A stretch of DNA of 64,000 bases from Candidatus Enterousia intestinigallinarum (GCA_018716885.1 DVJI01000009.1:7448-71447), one strand, 5' to 3'. Positions 51,163-61,809 are shown, counted from the stretch's first letter. Program-made: numbers and translations. The notes: a model not told the origin generated them from the letters alone.

Positions 51163-51867
51163 TTATTTAACACTGGTTATTATAGGTATGAAATCGTCCG
51201 GTTTCAAGGATGCGCCACCAACTAAAACGCCGTCAACGTGTGGTATGGACATAATGTCCGCGGCGTTTGCGGCCTTTACACTGGCGCCGTACAGAACCGG
51301 CGTTCCGCCCAGACCCATAGATGCCAATGTATCCGCAATCAGTTTATGGGCTTCGGCGATTTCCGCCGCTGTCGGGGTCAGACCAGCCCCAATCGCCCAA
51401 CGTGGTTCATATGCGATAATTATATCAGCATCAACGTCACTGGGGACGGATTCGCGTACGCCAGATTCAATAATGTCCATTGTTTTTCCGGCCTGCTTTT
51501 CGTCCATTGTTTCGCCGACACATATAATCGGTGTCAATCCCGCGGCGATTGCGGCGGTGGCTTTTTGACGGACGGTATCATTAGTTTCACCGTGGTATTG
51601 GCGACGTTCACTGTGGCCGACAATGACATATTTGGCGCCGGTATCGGCAATCATAGTGGCGGAAACTTCACCCGTATATGCACCGTGGTCGTGCGCGCTG
51701 ACGTCCTGGGCACCCAGGGCGACGTGACCACCGTCAACACACAGCATTGTATAGGGTACGCACAAAACAACCTTGTTTTCTGTTTTCACACTTTGCAGTG
51801 CATCAACCATTTCACGCAGTGCGGTGCGTGATCCGTTCATTTTCCAATTCCCAGCAATAACTTTCAT
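51163..51867 (-). CDS. tpiA: triosephosphate isomerase
   Basis: MKVIAGNWKMNGS..., ...IAYEPRWAIGAGLTPT..., GASLKPDDF; ATG at 51867 with RBS aagggga (the track ORF extends upstream to 52065). Confidence 0.92.
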   Translation of the reverse strand: MKVIAGNWKMNGSRTALREMVDALQSVKTENKVVLCVPYTMLCVDGGHVALGAQDVSAHDHGAYTGEVSATMIADTGAKYVIVGHSERRQYHGETNDTVRQKATAAIAAGLTPIICVGETMDEKQAGKTMDIIESGVRESVPSDVDADIIIAYEPRWAIGAGLTPTAAEIAEAHKLIADTLASMGLGGTPVLYGASVKAANAADIMSIPHVDGVLVGGASLKPDDFIPIITSVK

Positions 51868-51935
51868 TGATTTTCCCCTTTTTTTCGTTGATTTTCGTGA
51901 TATCGTTTTGCTATGGTATCGCAAAAGGGGATTAA

Positions 51936-53348
51936 ATGCTAGAATATTTACGTAATGCGGCGGACAAGCCGGTCGCAAAGATTCTGATTGGAATTTTGGC
52001 GTTTTCTTTTGTTGGCTGGGGCGTGGCGGAATGGATTTTCGGCGGCGCGGCCAGTGATACGACATTGGTTCGTACCGGCAGTTCAGAGGTTACTATCCAA
52101 CAGTTCAGTTTGGAAAAATCGCGTGAATTGGCCGCGATGACGCGTGAACAACAGCGTGCGCTGTATGCCGACCCGGCCCAGACAGATGCGCTGAACGGGC
52201 GTATTATGTCCAATCTGACAACCCAGGCGATGGCCGACAGTCGTGCCGCCGATTTGGGTTTTGTTGTATCAGATGCTCAGATTGCGCGCGAAATTCGCGA
52301 ATTTCCGGAATTTCAAATAGACGGCCAGTTTTCAACATATATGTTTGATACCGTTTTGGCCAACAGCGGATATAGCGAGGCCGCATTTGCCGACGTCCTG
52401 CGTCGCCAGGTATTGCGCGGATATACGTTGGGGGCGATGTCTGTGCCGGTTGCGGTGCCTGACTTTGCAGTTCGGGCGGCATACGATGCGCGCTATGCCC
52501 AACGGGCGATAGATTATGCCACGGTAAAGTTTTCTGATTTTACGGTTGGTACGCCGACAACGGAACAGTTGCGTGCGTTTTATGACCAGAATCCGCACGT
52601 TGTCCCGGAACAGCGCACCGTGTCCTATGTTCTGATTCCGGCGGAAATGGATAAACCGGACAGTTATGATGCCGCGTATGAAAATGCTATTGCGGTTGAA
52701 GATGCAATTATCGCAGGTGACGCTATGGCGGATGCGGCCGTGGCACACGATGCTAAATACGTTGCGCTGGGAACGTTTGATGCGGACAGCCGTCCGGTTG
52801 ATGAAATCCTGACCGATGCGATGATGAATCGTATATTTGGTATGGAAGAGGGACTGGAAAGCGAACTGATTGAAACCAAAAAGGGTTTCGTCATAGTTCG
52901 TGTTGATAAAGTAATTCCCGCACATAATGCCGAATTTGATGACGTACGTGAACAGCTGGTCACCGGGTGGACGCGTGCGGAACAGCGCAAACAGGCGTAC
53001 GTTCGTGCAAATGAATTACTGGTTGATTTGAACGATGGTGGCGAATTGGCCGGCAAAAAGACGGTAACTGTGACACGTGCGTCAGGCGCGCCGCTGGATG
53101 TGTTGAGTGCCGCGTTTAATTCGGAAATTGGTACAAATTCCATTGTAACGGCTCCAGACGCGTTTTATGTATTGCATATAGAACGTGAAATTATGCCGTC
53201 GGATGACGAAAAAAAGATGGCCGATATTCGTGCCGAACTGGAAAAAACGTCAACTCAGGATATCATTGATGATTACAATGCGTTCCTGATTCGTGAATAT
53301 CCGGTAAAGGTGAACGAAAAGGTGTTTAATCGCTTCTTTGCGAAATAA
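51936..53348 (+). CDS. ppiD: periplasmic chaperone PpiD-like (SurA-N family, membrane-anchored)
   Basis: MLEYLRNAADKPVAKILIGILAFSFVGWGV matches the canonical PpiD N-terminal anchor; 470 aa. Confidence 0.7.
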   Translation: MLEYLRNAADKPVAKILIGILAFSFVGWGVAEWIFGGAASDTTLVRTGSSEVTIQQFSLEKSRELAAMTREQQRALYADPAQTDALNGRIMSNLTTQAMADSRAADLGFVVSDAQIAREIREFPEFQIDGQFSTYMFDTVLANSGYSEAAFADVLRRQVLRGYTLGAMSVPVAVPDFAVRAAYDARYAQRAIDYATVKFSDFTVGTPTTEQLRAFYDQNPHVVPEQRTVSYVLIPAEMDKPDSYDAAYENAIAVEDAIIAGDAMADAAVAHDAKYVALGTFDADSRPVDEILTDAMMNRIFGMEEGLESELIETKKGFVIVRVDKVIPAHNAEFDDVREQLVTGWTRAEQRKQAYVRANELLVDLNDGGELAGKKTVTVTRASGAPLDVLSAAFNSEIGTNSIVTAPDAFYVLHIEREIMPSDDEKKMADIRAELEKTSTQDIIDDYNAFLIREYPVKVNEKVFNRFFAK

Positions 53349-53376
53349 AAAAATCCCCCATTCGGGGGATTTTTTA
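53349..53376. terminator. bidirectional intrinsic terminator
   Basis: hairpin atcccccattcgggggat followed by a T-run. Confidence 0.65.
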
Positions 53377-54612
53377 TGACAGTTTGTGGATTACCAGGCC
53401 ACTGCGCAGTTTGGGTTCAAACCACGTTGTTTTTGGTGGCATAATATTGCCGGTGTCCGCGATATCAATTATCTGGCGCATCGTTACGGGGTACAGTGCA
53501 AATGCCGCTGCCATTTCACCGGAATCAACACGCTTTTGCAATTCGCCCAGACCACGAATACCACCGACGAAATCGATTCGCTTGCTGGTACGCAGGTCGC
53601 CCAGATTTAATATTTTATCAAATACCAGATTGGACAGCACTGTTACGTCCAGAACCCCGATCGGGTCGTTGTCGTTATATGTGCCCGGCTTTGCCGTCAA
53701 TGAATACCATTTGCCGTTCAAATACATTCCAAAGTTATGCAGTTTTGTCGGCTTGTATATTTCCGTGCCCATTTCAACAACGTCAAATGATTCGCGCAAT
53801 TTTTCTAAAAATTCATCCGGGCTAAGGCCGTTCAAATCTTTCACCACGCGGTTATAGTCGATGACCTTTAACTGGCTTTCCGGGAATATCACGGCCAGGA
53901 AATAGTTGTATTCTTCATCCCCAGTGTGATTCGGGTTTTGTTCACGCTTTTCCGCGCCGACGCGTGCGGCGGCGGCGGTTCTGTGGTGGCCGTCCGCGAC
54001 GTACATTGCCGGAATATCACGGAATATTTCCGTTATGCGGTTTATGATTTTGTCATCGTCAATTTTCCAAAATGTGTGGCCAAATCCGTCCGGTGCAACA
54101 AAGTCGTATTCCGGTTCGTGGGATGCGACATAGTCCGCAATGATTTTGTTCATTTCATCAACGTCCGGATATGCAAAAAATACTGGTTCAATATTCGCGT
54201 TTTGAATACGTACGTGAATCATACGGTCGTCTTCTTTGTCGCGACGGGTCAGTTCGTGTTTCTTTATTTTGCCGTTCATATAATCATCAACATTGGCGGC
54301 GGCAACCAAACCGTATTGAGTGCGACCGTCCATTGTTTGGGCATAGATGTAGTACATTTCTTTGTCATCTTGAACCAGCCAGCCACGTTCCTGCCACAGT
54401 TTGAAATTTTCAACTGCTTTGTCATATACGGGCTGTGAATGTTCGTCGGCAATCGGGTCGAAATCAATTTCCGGTTTGATAATATGCAGTAATGATTTTT
54501 CACCGGCTTCGGCTTTGGCCTCGGCAGAGTTCAGAACGTCGTACGGACGTGATGCTACATCGGCGGCCAGTTCTTTGGGTGGACGTACACCAGCAAATGG
54601 TTTGATTTTCAT
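53374..54612 (-). CDS. DUF1015 family protein
   Basis: MKIKPFAGVRPPKELAADVASRPYDV... and the ADGHHR motif; ATG at 54612 with RBS aaaggaga. Confidence 0.7.
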   Translation of the reverse strand: MKIKPFAGVRPPKELAADVASRPYDVLNSAEAKAEAGEKSLLHIIKPEIDFDPIADEHSQPVYDKAVENFKLWQERGWLVQDDKEMYYIYAQTMDGRTQYGLVAAANVDDYMNGKIKKHELTRRDKEDDRMIHVRIQNANIEPVFFAYPDVDEMNKIIADYVASHEPEYDFVAPDGFGHTFWKIDDDKIINRITEIFRDIPAMYVADGHHRTAAAARVGAEKREQNPNHTGDEEYNYFLAVIFPESQLKVIDYNRVVKDLNGLSPDEFLEKLRESFDVVEMGTEIYKPTKLHNFGMYLNGKWYSLTAKPGTYNDNDPIGVLDVTVLSNLVFDKILNLGDLRTSKRIDFVGGIRGLGELQKRVDSGEMAAAFALYPVTMRQIIDIADTGNIMPPKTTWFEPKLRSGLVIHKLS

Positions 54613-54699
54613 ATGTTCTCCTTTTTGGTGTTTGGTATAAATTATATACTCATAAAACAAAAAGGCAAAGTGCCACCAGCAAAAATATTTTGATTGATT

Positions 54700-55794
54700 T
54701 TATCGATTTATTTGTACCGGAATTATGGTTTCAACCTGTGGTGTGTCCAATGGGTGTGTTTGAAACGGTATAGTGTCAAAATCGATTTTTGATAAATCTA
54801 TTTCGCGGATTGTGCGGTTGTACATTGTGTGATAGTACACGACTTTGTTGCGTGTGTCGGTGGCGATTGTCCATTGGGTTGCCGACGGCATATTATTTGG
54901 CGCGGCGTTTTGTGCAAACTGAACCCCCAGTGGTACATCAAAGTTATTCAGTATATGAAACGCTGCCATTGCGGTATCGTGTCCGTTTTCCTGGGGCAGG
55001 GAATATTCTTGTAAAAACGCGGCGCGCACAAATCGTGACGGCGGTGTAAAATCGCCCGGCAGTCCCAGCAATCCAGAACCCGCCCCAAATGCGCGCAGTG
55101 TTATCGGTCCCATTTTGACTGGCCCGGCCGTGCCAGGATGCAGATTTACATAGTTATTCAAATTCTTTATGTGCCACGGGTATTCGGGGGCATTTGTTAA
55201 AACGCCCAGTTTGCTGTCGTAAAATGTTGCAACGCCGTTTATGATTTCCAAAATAACCTGGCGACCAGATGGTTCGGTTATGCGCCAGTGCAGGGTGTCT
55301 ATGCGCGGGTCAACGTGTACTATGCGTACATTTTTTATGGCGTCTTTGACCTGGTCAATGGTTGAAAACTGTGACAGAATCCAGGGCACCACCTGGGCGT
55401 CGGCCAATGTTTGTGATTTATATTCCGGATTGTATTCGGGATATTGACCGTATTCTGGGAAATAGAACAGGGCGGCCGACAGGCCCGCTTCGTTTATGCC
55501 GTCAATAACAAATTCTGTTTGCGCCAGTCCCAATCCAACAAAACCGTATCGCGCGGCAAACGTATTTCCGTCATTTGCACCGTCGGGCAGCATTGATTGT
55601 TGGGCATATCCGCGGGGCGCAATCAGATAAAAACTGTCCATTTCTTCGCGTGACCAATCCATAGTGCGTGCAACGATAACCGCACCGTCGTTCGCCGTAA
55701 GTGTTATGCCAGTACAGGCCGACGCCGTATTATTTTGGGTATAAAATCCAGCCAATGCAACCGCGGTTGCAAATATAATTTGTTTCGTTTTCAT
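54700..55794 (-). CDS. secreted linear amide C-N hydrolase, choloylglycine hydrolase (Ntn) family
   Basis: signal peptide ending ...NTASA immediately followed by CTGITL (N-terminal nucleophile Cys); 364 aa. Confidence 0.75.
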   Translation of the reverse strand: MKTKQIIFATAVALAGFYTQNNTASACTGITLTANDGAVIVARTMDWSREEMDSFYLIAPRGYAQQSMLPDGANDGNTFAARYGFVGLGLAQTEFVIDGINEAGLSAALFYFPEYGQYPEYNPEYKSQTLADAQVVPWILSQFSTIDQVKDAIKNVRIVHVDPRIDTLHWRITEPSGRQVILEIINGVATFYDSKLGVLTNAPEYPWHIKNLNNYVNLHPGTAGPVKMGPITLRAFGAGSGLLGLPGDFTPPSRFVRAAFLQEYSLPQENGHDTAMAAFHILNNFDVPLGVQFAQNAAPNNMPSATQWTIATDTRNKVVYYHTMYNRTIREIDLSKIDFDTIPFQTHPLDTPQVETIIPVQINR

Positions 55795-55799
55795 TTTGC

Positions 55800-56897
55800 T
55801 TACTGCGCTGTTCTGTTTATCTGAACCGGTATCACGGTTTCGCGTTTAGTTGTATCCAATGGATGTGACTGGAACGGGATGTTTGCAAAATCAATCTTGT
55901 TCATATCGATTGAACGCAATGTCCGGTTGTACATAGTGTGATAGTACACTATGCGGTCGTGCATATCGGTGGCGATTGTCCATTGTGTTGCCGACGGCAT
56001 ATTTACTGGTACCTGGCCGACGGGAAATTCCGTTCCCAATGGCACGTCAAAATTGTTCAAAATATGAAACGCCTGCAGAACCGAATCGTATGAAGTATCC
56101 TGTTGCACGGAATAGGTCTGTAAAAACGCGGCACGCACAAATCGCGACGGCGGTGTAAAGTCACCCGGCAATCCCAAAAATCCCGACCCCGCGCCAAACG
56201 CGCGCAGTGTAATCGGCCCCATTTTTACTGGCCCGGCCGTGCCCGGTATTAAATTTACGTAATTGTTCAGGTTCTTTAACTGCCACGGATATTCTGGTGA
56301 ATTTGTCAGTACGCCCAGTTCGCTTTCATATACCTGGGGGCGGCCGTCGACAAATTCAATAATAATCTGTTTGCCGGACGGTTCCGTTACACGCCAGTGT
56401 GCGGTTGAAGCGCGCGGATCTATGCTGACAACGTCGATGTTTTGAATTGCGTTGCGTACCTGGTCAACGGTTGAAAATCGCGACAGTATCCACGATACCA
56501 GTTGAAAATCTGAAATTGTGCGCGCCTTGTTTTCCGGGTTATATTCCGGGTATTCGCCGTATCCGGGAAAATAAAACAATCCTGCGGACAGGCCTGCTTC
56601 GTTCATACCGTCCATAACCCAGCCCGGTTGCACCACGGCCAGGCCAACGTATCCATACATACTGGAAAACGTCATACCGCCCGTGTCGCCACCCGGCAGC
56701 ATTGATTGCTGGATATATCCACGTGGAACAATGGTGTATAAATTTTCCATTTCCGATTCGCCCCACTCAATCGTGCGGGCGGTGACAACACCGTTATCTT
56801 TGGATTTCAGGGTGATGCCCGTACAGGCATCCGCCCCGTTTGCGCAAATAGTGCCCAATATTACGGCCAGCGCAGAAAAAATTTTTCTCTTTCCCAT
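55800..56897 (-). CDS. secreted linear amide C-N hydrolase, choloylglycine hydrolase (Ntn) family, tandem paralog
   Basis: signal peptide ...ANGADA followed by CTGITL; colinear with the downstream paralog over most of its length. Confidence 0.75.
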   Translation of the reverse strand: MGKRKIFSALAVILGTICANGADACTGITLKSKDNGVVTARTIEWGESEMENLYTIVPRGYIQQSMLPGGDTGGMTFSSMYGYVGLAVVQPGWVMDGMNEAGLSAGLFYFPGYGEYPEYNPENKARTISDFQLVSWILSRFSTVDQVRNAIQNIDVVSIDPRASTAHWRVTEPSGKQIIIEFVDGRPQVYESELGVLTNSPEYPWQLKNLNNYVNLIPGTAGPVKMGPITLRAFGAGSGFLGLPGDFTPPSRFVRAAFLQTYSVQQDTSYDSVLQAFHILNNFDVPLGTEFPVGQVPVNMPSATQWTIATDMHDRIVYYHTMYNRTLRSIDMNKIDFANIPFQSHPLDTTKRETVIPVQINRTAQ

Positions 56898-56963
56898 ATT
56901 GCTATTATGCGATGTGCGGACATTTTATTCCACAGGAAAGATATCTAGATTTAATATATAAAT

Positions 56964-56992
56964 AAAAACGCCCCAAATGGGGCGTTTTTATT
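56964..56992 (-). terminator. intrinsic terminator for the autotransporter gene
   Basis: hairpin aacgccccaaatggggcgtt with a flanking T-run. Confidence 0.6.
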
Positions 56993-59900
56993 TAGAAGTC
57001 GTATCTGAACTTCAACATACCGGTCTGTGAAGTGTAATCTTCGTGCAGATCCAAATCATAGTTCAACGATACTGTCAGACCACGCCATTCGGCAGTCAGG
57101 CCGATGCCAAATTCGCCGCCAAAGCGTGACAGACGATCGGCGTCGATGACGTATGATACGCTGCCCGGGGCGGTTATTGTCGCAACCGCTGCATCAGACA
57201 AGAAATCATATGTCGCCGCCGCACGCAGTTCCGGACGGAATTTCAATTCCATATCCGATTCGATTTCGAACGCGTAACGGATACCAGCAACACCGGTCAG
57301 ATAATCCATATCTGCGCCGTCAACGTGACCCAAAGCGACGTCATACGCGTCCTGGCTGATGTGCAGGTAACGGGCGCCGATTTCCGGGGTCAGACCAGAT
57401 GCGAAATCATAACCGGTCATAACCTGGCCACCGAACGAATCGACATCGTATTCGGATTCAAACTGAACACCGAACGGATTTGATGTTTCCGTATAGTTGC
57501 CCATTGTATAGTTCAACGCGGCATTGACATACCAGTTGTTCGGTTTGTATTGGCCGTACAGGAACAAGCTGTTCGATTCGATTTTCGTATCGCGAGAATC
57601 AGAATCAACGTCTGTATCGTTGTACGCATAACCGATACCGATTGTGTTTTTACCGTCAATCAATGCGTCTGCACCGACGGAAATACCGGTCGTGTCGCCC
57701 TTGAACTGGCCATTTAATTTAGAATGGTTATACAGACCCTGGGCCCAGATGCCATAATCTGCATTTGCCAAATCACCACCGCTGCGTCCAACTGTGCCGC
57801 CAGTCATACGGCCCGCCGCCAGTGACAGAACCTGGTTCTGGACGGATGACGAAATGGAATGTGCAACCGGTTTGTTTTCTGGATTCAGTTTAGCCGTTTC
57901 GTGTTCGACATAATCAACATTGCCTGCCGCCAGTTCAGTTTGGGCGCGCAATGAAATTGCAGTCAGAACATCGTCATCTGTATTGGCCAACACTGCGATT
58001 GTGGCTGCGCCCTGGTTGGACAGGCCGGTGTCTGCCGCGATATCTTCAACCGCCTTGATAGCGATTTCAATACCGTCCGCGCCATTGTTTATGACGTCGT
58101 ACGCCAGGCCAGCATCAATGGTGATGTCTTCGTGCGCAATGCCGCCGAATATGTCGTATGTGCCGACACTGCCGATTGTCAGTTGCAGTTTGCCGTTTTC
58201 ACCGGTTGTAATGCTGTCAGCCAACAATTTGCCATAGTTGTCGGAACTCAACATAGATGCGTTCAATGTACCGTCGATGTCGATGGATGCCTGTTCAACG
58301 GTTGTTGTGCCGATATCCAATGTTGCACCATCCGCAATGGTCAGTGTACCGTCACCGGTAATACCACCACCCAGCGTAGTTGTGCCGGATGCGACCGTCA
58401 TTGTGCCGATATTATGAATATCGTTTGCAACACCATCCGCCATATTGCCACTGAACACGTTTTCACCGTTCAGGGTCATAGCAACGGTGTTATATATTGC
58501 ACCACCGTTCACACCAGCTGTATTGTCGGTAAATGTTGCACCGTCAATCGTCAACGATGAATTTTCTGCCGATGCGCCGATACGTGTGGAAATTGCACCG
58601 CCGTATGTGCCGGATGAATTCTGGCTGAACACAGAATCACGAACTGTGGTGTTGGATTGGTCATACAAGAATATTGCGCCACCACCATTATTTGCATAAT
58701 AGGCGGGTTGACCTTCTTCAACATCCTCGATTTTTACCGTTCCAGTTGTTTTGTTCCCGATAAATTCAGAATTAGTAATCGTCATTGTCGCATCGGAAAC
58801 AATGGCGCCACCTTCGGCATCGACCGAGTTCGATTTAAATATTGATTCATCAATGTTTATCGTCGCGGTTGACCCATCGGCCTGAGATATCGCACCACCA
58901 GCAACAGCCGCCGTATTAGAACTGAATATTGAATTATTTATATTCAATTCGCCTGCGGCATTTGTTCCAACTGCAATGGCACCACCTATGCCAGCGGCGG
59001 TATCTGTTGCTTTGTTGCCAGAAAATGTGAAATTATTTAGTGCCAGATTTGTGTTCATTGAATTATAGAATATGGCACCACCCTGGGTTGCAGTATTATT
59101 TACAAATATAAAGTCACTGCCCAGATTCATATTATTGCTGCCCAGATATAATGCACCACCAGCTTTTGTACTGGAATTGGCAATGAACTGTGCGTAATCA
59201 GCGATTGTCAGATGTGAATCTGCATATGATGCTTTTATTGCACCGCCACCTGTTAGGGCTGCTTTGTTACCCTGGAACAAGGCGTCTTTGCCGATTGTCA
59301 AATTACCATTATTACCCAGGGATATTGCACCAGATTGTAAACCGCGTGTTCCGTGTGTGTTATCAACAAACTTTACATTGTCGCCGATTGTGGTTGTGGC
59401 ACCGGTGCCCATAAACAATGTGCCGTCGCCGGTGTTTCCAGAAAACGTAACATTGTCACCAATGTTTAACGTACCGGAATTGTATATTGCCCCACCGTCA
59501 CCGGTATCGGTTGAATTGCCACTGAATACGGTATTGTCTGCAACGGTCAGGGTGCCGCTGTTATATATTGCGCCACCTTGGCTGGCTGCATTTGTTGCGG
59601 TGTTATTTTTAAATGTTCCAGCAACGGACATTTCGCCAGCGTTATAAATTGCGCCGCCGTGACCACGTGTAGCAGTTGTGCTGTTGCCGTCAAATGTGCC
59701 ATCGACATTCATTGTTCCCAGATTGTAAATTGCACCACCTGTTTTGGCAGAATTTCCCGTAAACGTTGAACCAGATGCAATATTTACGGTGTTATAGAAA
59801 TCTGTTTTATTTTCAGCTTTGTCACTATTCAGGTTGGCAATGGCACCACCACGGTTTGCAGCCGTATTGCCGGTAAAATCAGTACGTCCCAGTGTCAGTT

Positions 59901-60456
59901 CAGTGCCACTTGTTGCGCCATTGGATTTGTCTGTCCAGATTGCGATTGCGCCACCGTCCGCTTCTGTGGAATTGGATTCAAATTTCGTGTTGTCACCGAT
60001 TGTGACCGTGCCAGCGGATTCAATACCCAGTGCACCACCCAGCCATACCGATGTATTGCCAGAAAATGTTGTCCCGTTTCCAAGTACAATATTTCTGTTT
60101 GATTCGGCATCTTCTGGGATTTTTACGTACAGACCACCAGACATCTTGTCAGAATGGTTATTTGTAAATGTCCAGCCATCACCCGCGACAAATCCATTTA
60201 ACGCCTTCATCGCACCGCCAGAATTTACGGATGAATTCTTATTAAATGTTACATTGTTGACCCCCGACGTTGTCAGTGAATCACCATATGTAATTGTCAA
60301 TCCCGCAGCATTCTGATTAGCATCGTCATTATTTGTTTGATTTTCTATTACTTGCCCTTCGGTTATATCAACTGCTGCAAACGCCGGCATAACGGCCAAC
60401 GCGGGCAGTACAGAGCAAATCTTTAGCAAATCGGCTAAATGTTTGTATCTGGACAT
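56992..60456 (-). CDS. Pmp-like (polymorphic membrane protein repeat) autotransporter adhesin (1154 aa)
   Basis: signal peptide; more than 15 reiterations of FxGN...GGAI(Y/A) (e.g. FTGNSAKTGGAIYNLG, FSGNSTDTGDGGAIYNSG); C-terminal beta-barrel region ending ...LKFRYDF. Confidence 0.8.
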   Translation of the reverse strand: MSRYKHLADLLKICSVLPALAVMPAFAAVDITEGQVIENQTNNDDANQNAAGLTITYGDSLTTSGVNNVTFNKNSSVNSGGAMKALNGFVAGDGWTFTNNHSDKMSGGLYVKIPEDAESNRNIVLGNGTTFSGNTSVWLGGALGIESAGTVTIGDNTKFESNSTEADGGAIAIWTDKSNGATSGTELTLGRTDFTGNTAANRGGAIANLNSDKAENKTDFYNTVNIASGSTFTGNSAKTGGAIYNLGTMNVDGTFDGNSTTATRGHGGAIYNAGEMSVAGTFKNNTATNAASQGGAIYNSGTLTVADNTVFSGNSTDTGDGGAIYNSGTLNIGDNVTFSGNTGDGTLFMGTGATTTIGDNVKFVDNTHGTRGLQSGAISLGNNGNLTIGKDALFQGNKAALTGGGAIKASYADSHLTIADYAQFIANSSTKAGGALYLGSNNMNLGSDFIFVNNTATQGGAIFYNSMNTNLALNNFTFSGNKATDTAAGIGGAIAVGTNAAGELNINNSIFSSNTAAVAGGAISQADGSTATINIDESIFKSNSVDAEGGAIVSDATMTITNSEFIGNKTTGTVKIEDVEEGQPAYYANNGGGAIFLYDQSNTTVRDSVFSQNSSGTYGGAISTRIGASAENSSLTIDGATFTDNTAGVNGGAIYNTVAMTLNGENVFSGNMADGVANDIHNIGTMTVASGTTTLGGGITGDGTLTIADGATLDIGTTTVEQASIDIDGTLNASMLSSDNYGKLLADSITTGENGKLQLTIGSVGTYDIFGGIAHEDITIDAGLAYDVINNGADGIEIAIKAVEDIAADTGLSNQGAATIAVLANTDDDVLTAISLRAQTELAAGNVDYVEHETAKLNPENKPVAHSISSSVQNQVLSLAAGRMTGGTVGRSGGDLANADYGIWAQGLYNHSKLNGQFKGDTTGISVGADALIDGKNTIGIGYAYNDTDVDSDSRDTKIESNSLFLYGQYKPNNWYVNAALNYTMGNYTETSNPFGVQFESEYDVDSFGGQVMTGYDFASGLTPEIGARYLHISQDAYDVALGHVDGADMDYLTGVAGIRYAFEIESDMELKFRPELRAAATYDFLSDAAVATITAPGSVSYVIDADRLSRFGGEFGIGLTAEWRGLTVSLNYDLDLHEDYTSQTGMLKFRYDF

Positions 60457-60850
60457 ATTTTCTCCTTTTGTATATAAACTGTCCTTCGATTTTTCAGCGT
60501 ATCACAGTTGAAAGAAATCGCAATAAAATTTGTCAGGATTTTTTCCCCAATAAAAACGCCGCCAAATCAGCACAGATGTGGCGGTCGGGGAGTTAAGAAA
60601 ATCAACCAAATCGTGACCCCGCCAGTTTTCGGGAAACCCTGTTTTATAACTGACGGCCCCCCGACCTGTATTGCGGGGTGCGGGATAATAAAAGGCGCCC
60701 AAATCGCGCCGTAATTTATCCCCAGGCGGATTACGACATAACGATATGTCGGATTTGGTTAGGTTTTCTTACGACCCCGAACCCACATCCCTGTGGATTC
60801 GTAATTTAAGTATACGTTGACAGTTACGATAAATCAAACAAAAAAATAGA

Positions 60851-60879
60851 TTGCAAAGCCGCACAAAGCAATATATAAT
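60851..60879 (+). promoter_or_regulatory. sigma70 promoter TTGCAA-N17-TATAAT for tRNA-Gln
   Basis: near-consensus hexamers with 17-nt spacing, 12 nt upstream of the tRNA 5' end. Confidence 0.5.
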
Positions 60880-60890
60880 GTGGCGCACAT

Positions 60891-60964
60891 TGGGGCATAG
60901 TTTAACGGTAGAACTCCGGACTCTGACTCCGTCAGTGTTGGTTCGAATCCAGCTGCCCCAACCA
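60891..60964 (+). tRNA. tRNA-Gln (anticodon CUG)
   Basis: U1:A72 acceptor TGGGGCA/TGCCCCA typical of tRNA-Gln, anticodon loop CUCUGAC, T-loop GGTTCGAAT, encoded CCA. Confidence 0.8.
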
Positions 60965-61784
60965 AGATTGACAACCGTTCAGTTCCATCAGGATGTTGAA
61001 CGGTTTTCTTATTGAATATACTAATTTTTTATTTTTCAATTCGCAGTTCGAAAGCAGCAGGTTCAAAAGTGCACGTTTTTGTTCTACTTTCGAACTTTTG
61101 AACAGTTCCGACGCGTGTGACGCCACAGATAATAACGATTCAACCGTTGTTATAAAGTCGTCATCTGCCTTGGAATGTGCTTCTAAACGCACGCCTACAT
61201 CATACAATTCTTTCTCTATATCATTCTTTTTATCTGCGTATTCTTCTTGTGTAATACTGCCGGTCAGTAAAAAATCTAACAGGCGACTTCTTTTGGACTT
61301 TAGGGCATCTTGTTTTTTACGCAGATTGTCTATCTCTGCCAGCGCATAGGCGTTTTCCGCCTGTGATATATTGGTCAGACACTGTACCACTTCCTGCATA
61401 ATATCGCGTGGAAAAGAGAGTTTATTCAAAATTTCATCCTGAATCTGCTGCAACAAATCGTTTTCATTAATCGCTGGTTGTGTACAATTACCCTTAAAAT
61501 GTGAACAAGATAGATATGTATAGGTCTTGCCGCTGGGCTTTGTCTTTGTGTCGCTGGTAATCCGCAACAATTGCAATTTTTTCTCGTTGTGCTTTAACAA
61601 AGTTCAGCATTTCAACGAACTTTTTACGGTCGCCCTTTGTTGAACTCTCGGTAATTTGAAAGGTTTTAAGCAACGTTAACCCATTGCGCTGGATATATTT
61701 GTTCAGATTATCCAGTTGGGCATCAATAGACATACCATTTTCTTGCTCACGCGATGAAACACGAGCAAGTATTACTGCTTTCAT
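60932..61784 (-). pseudogene. large serine recombinase (integrase), frameshifted and internally truncated
   Basis: N-terminal resolvase catalytic domain MKAVILARVSSREQ...SIDAQ (61784-61494, frame a) and C-terminal zinc-ribbon/coiled-coil part YTYLSCSHFKGNC... (61600-60932, frame b); total span about 285 aa against about 450-550 for intact enzymes; the 3' end overlaps tRNA-Gln by 33 nt. Confidence 0.55.
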
Positions 61785-61809
61785 GTTATTCACCGAACAA
61801 AATATTGTT

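Noticed and set aside
60502-60714. Two overlapping ORFs of about 66 aa (plus and minus strand) upstream of tRNA-Gln
   Set aside because: No RBS, no family resemblance, embedded in a hairpin-rich GC stretch; more likely non-coding (kept as a low-interest finding).
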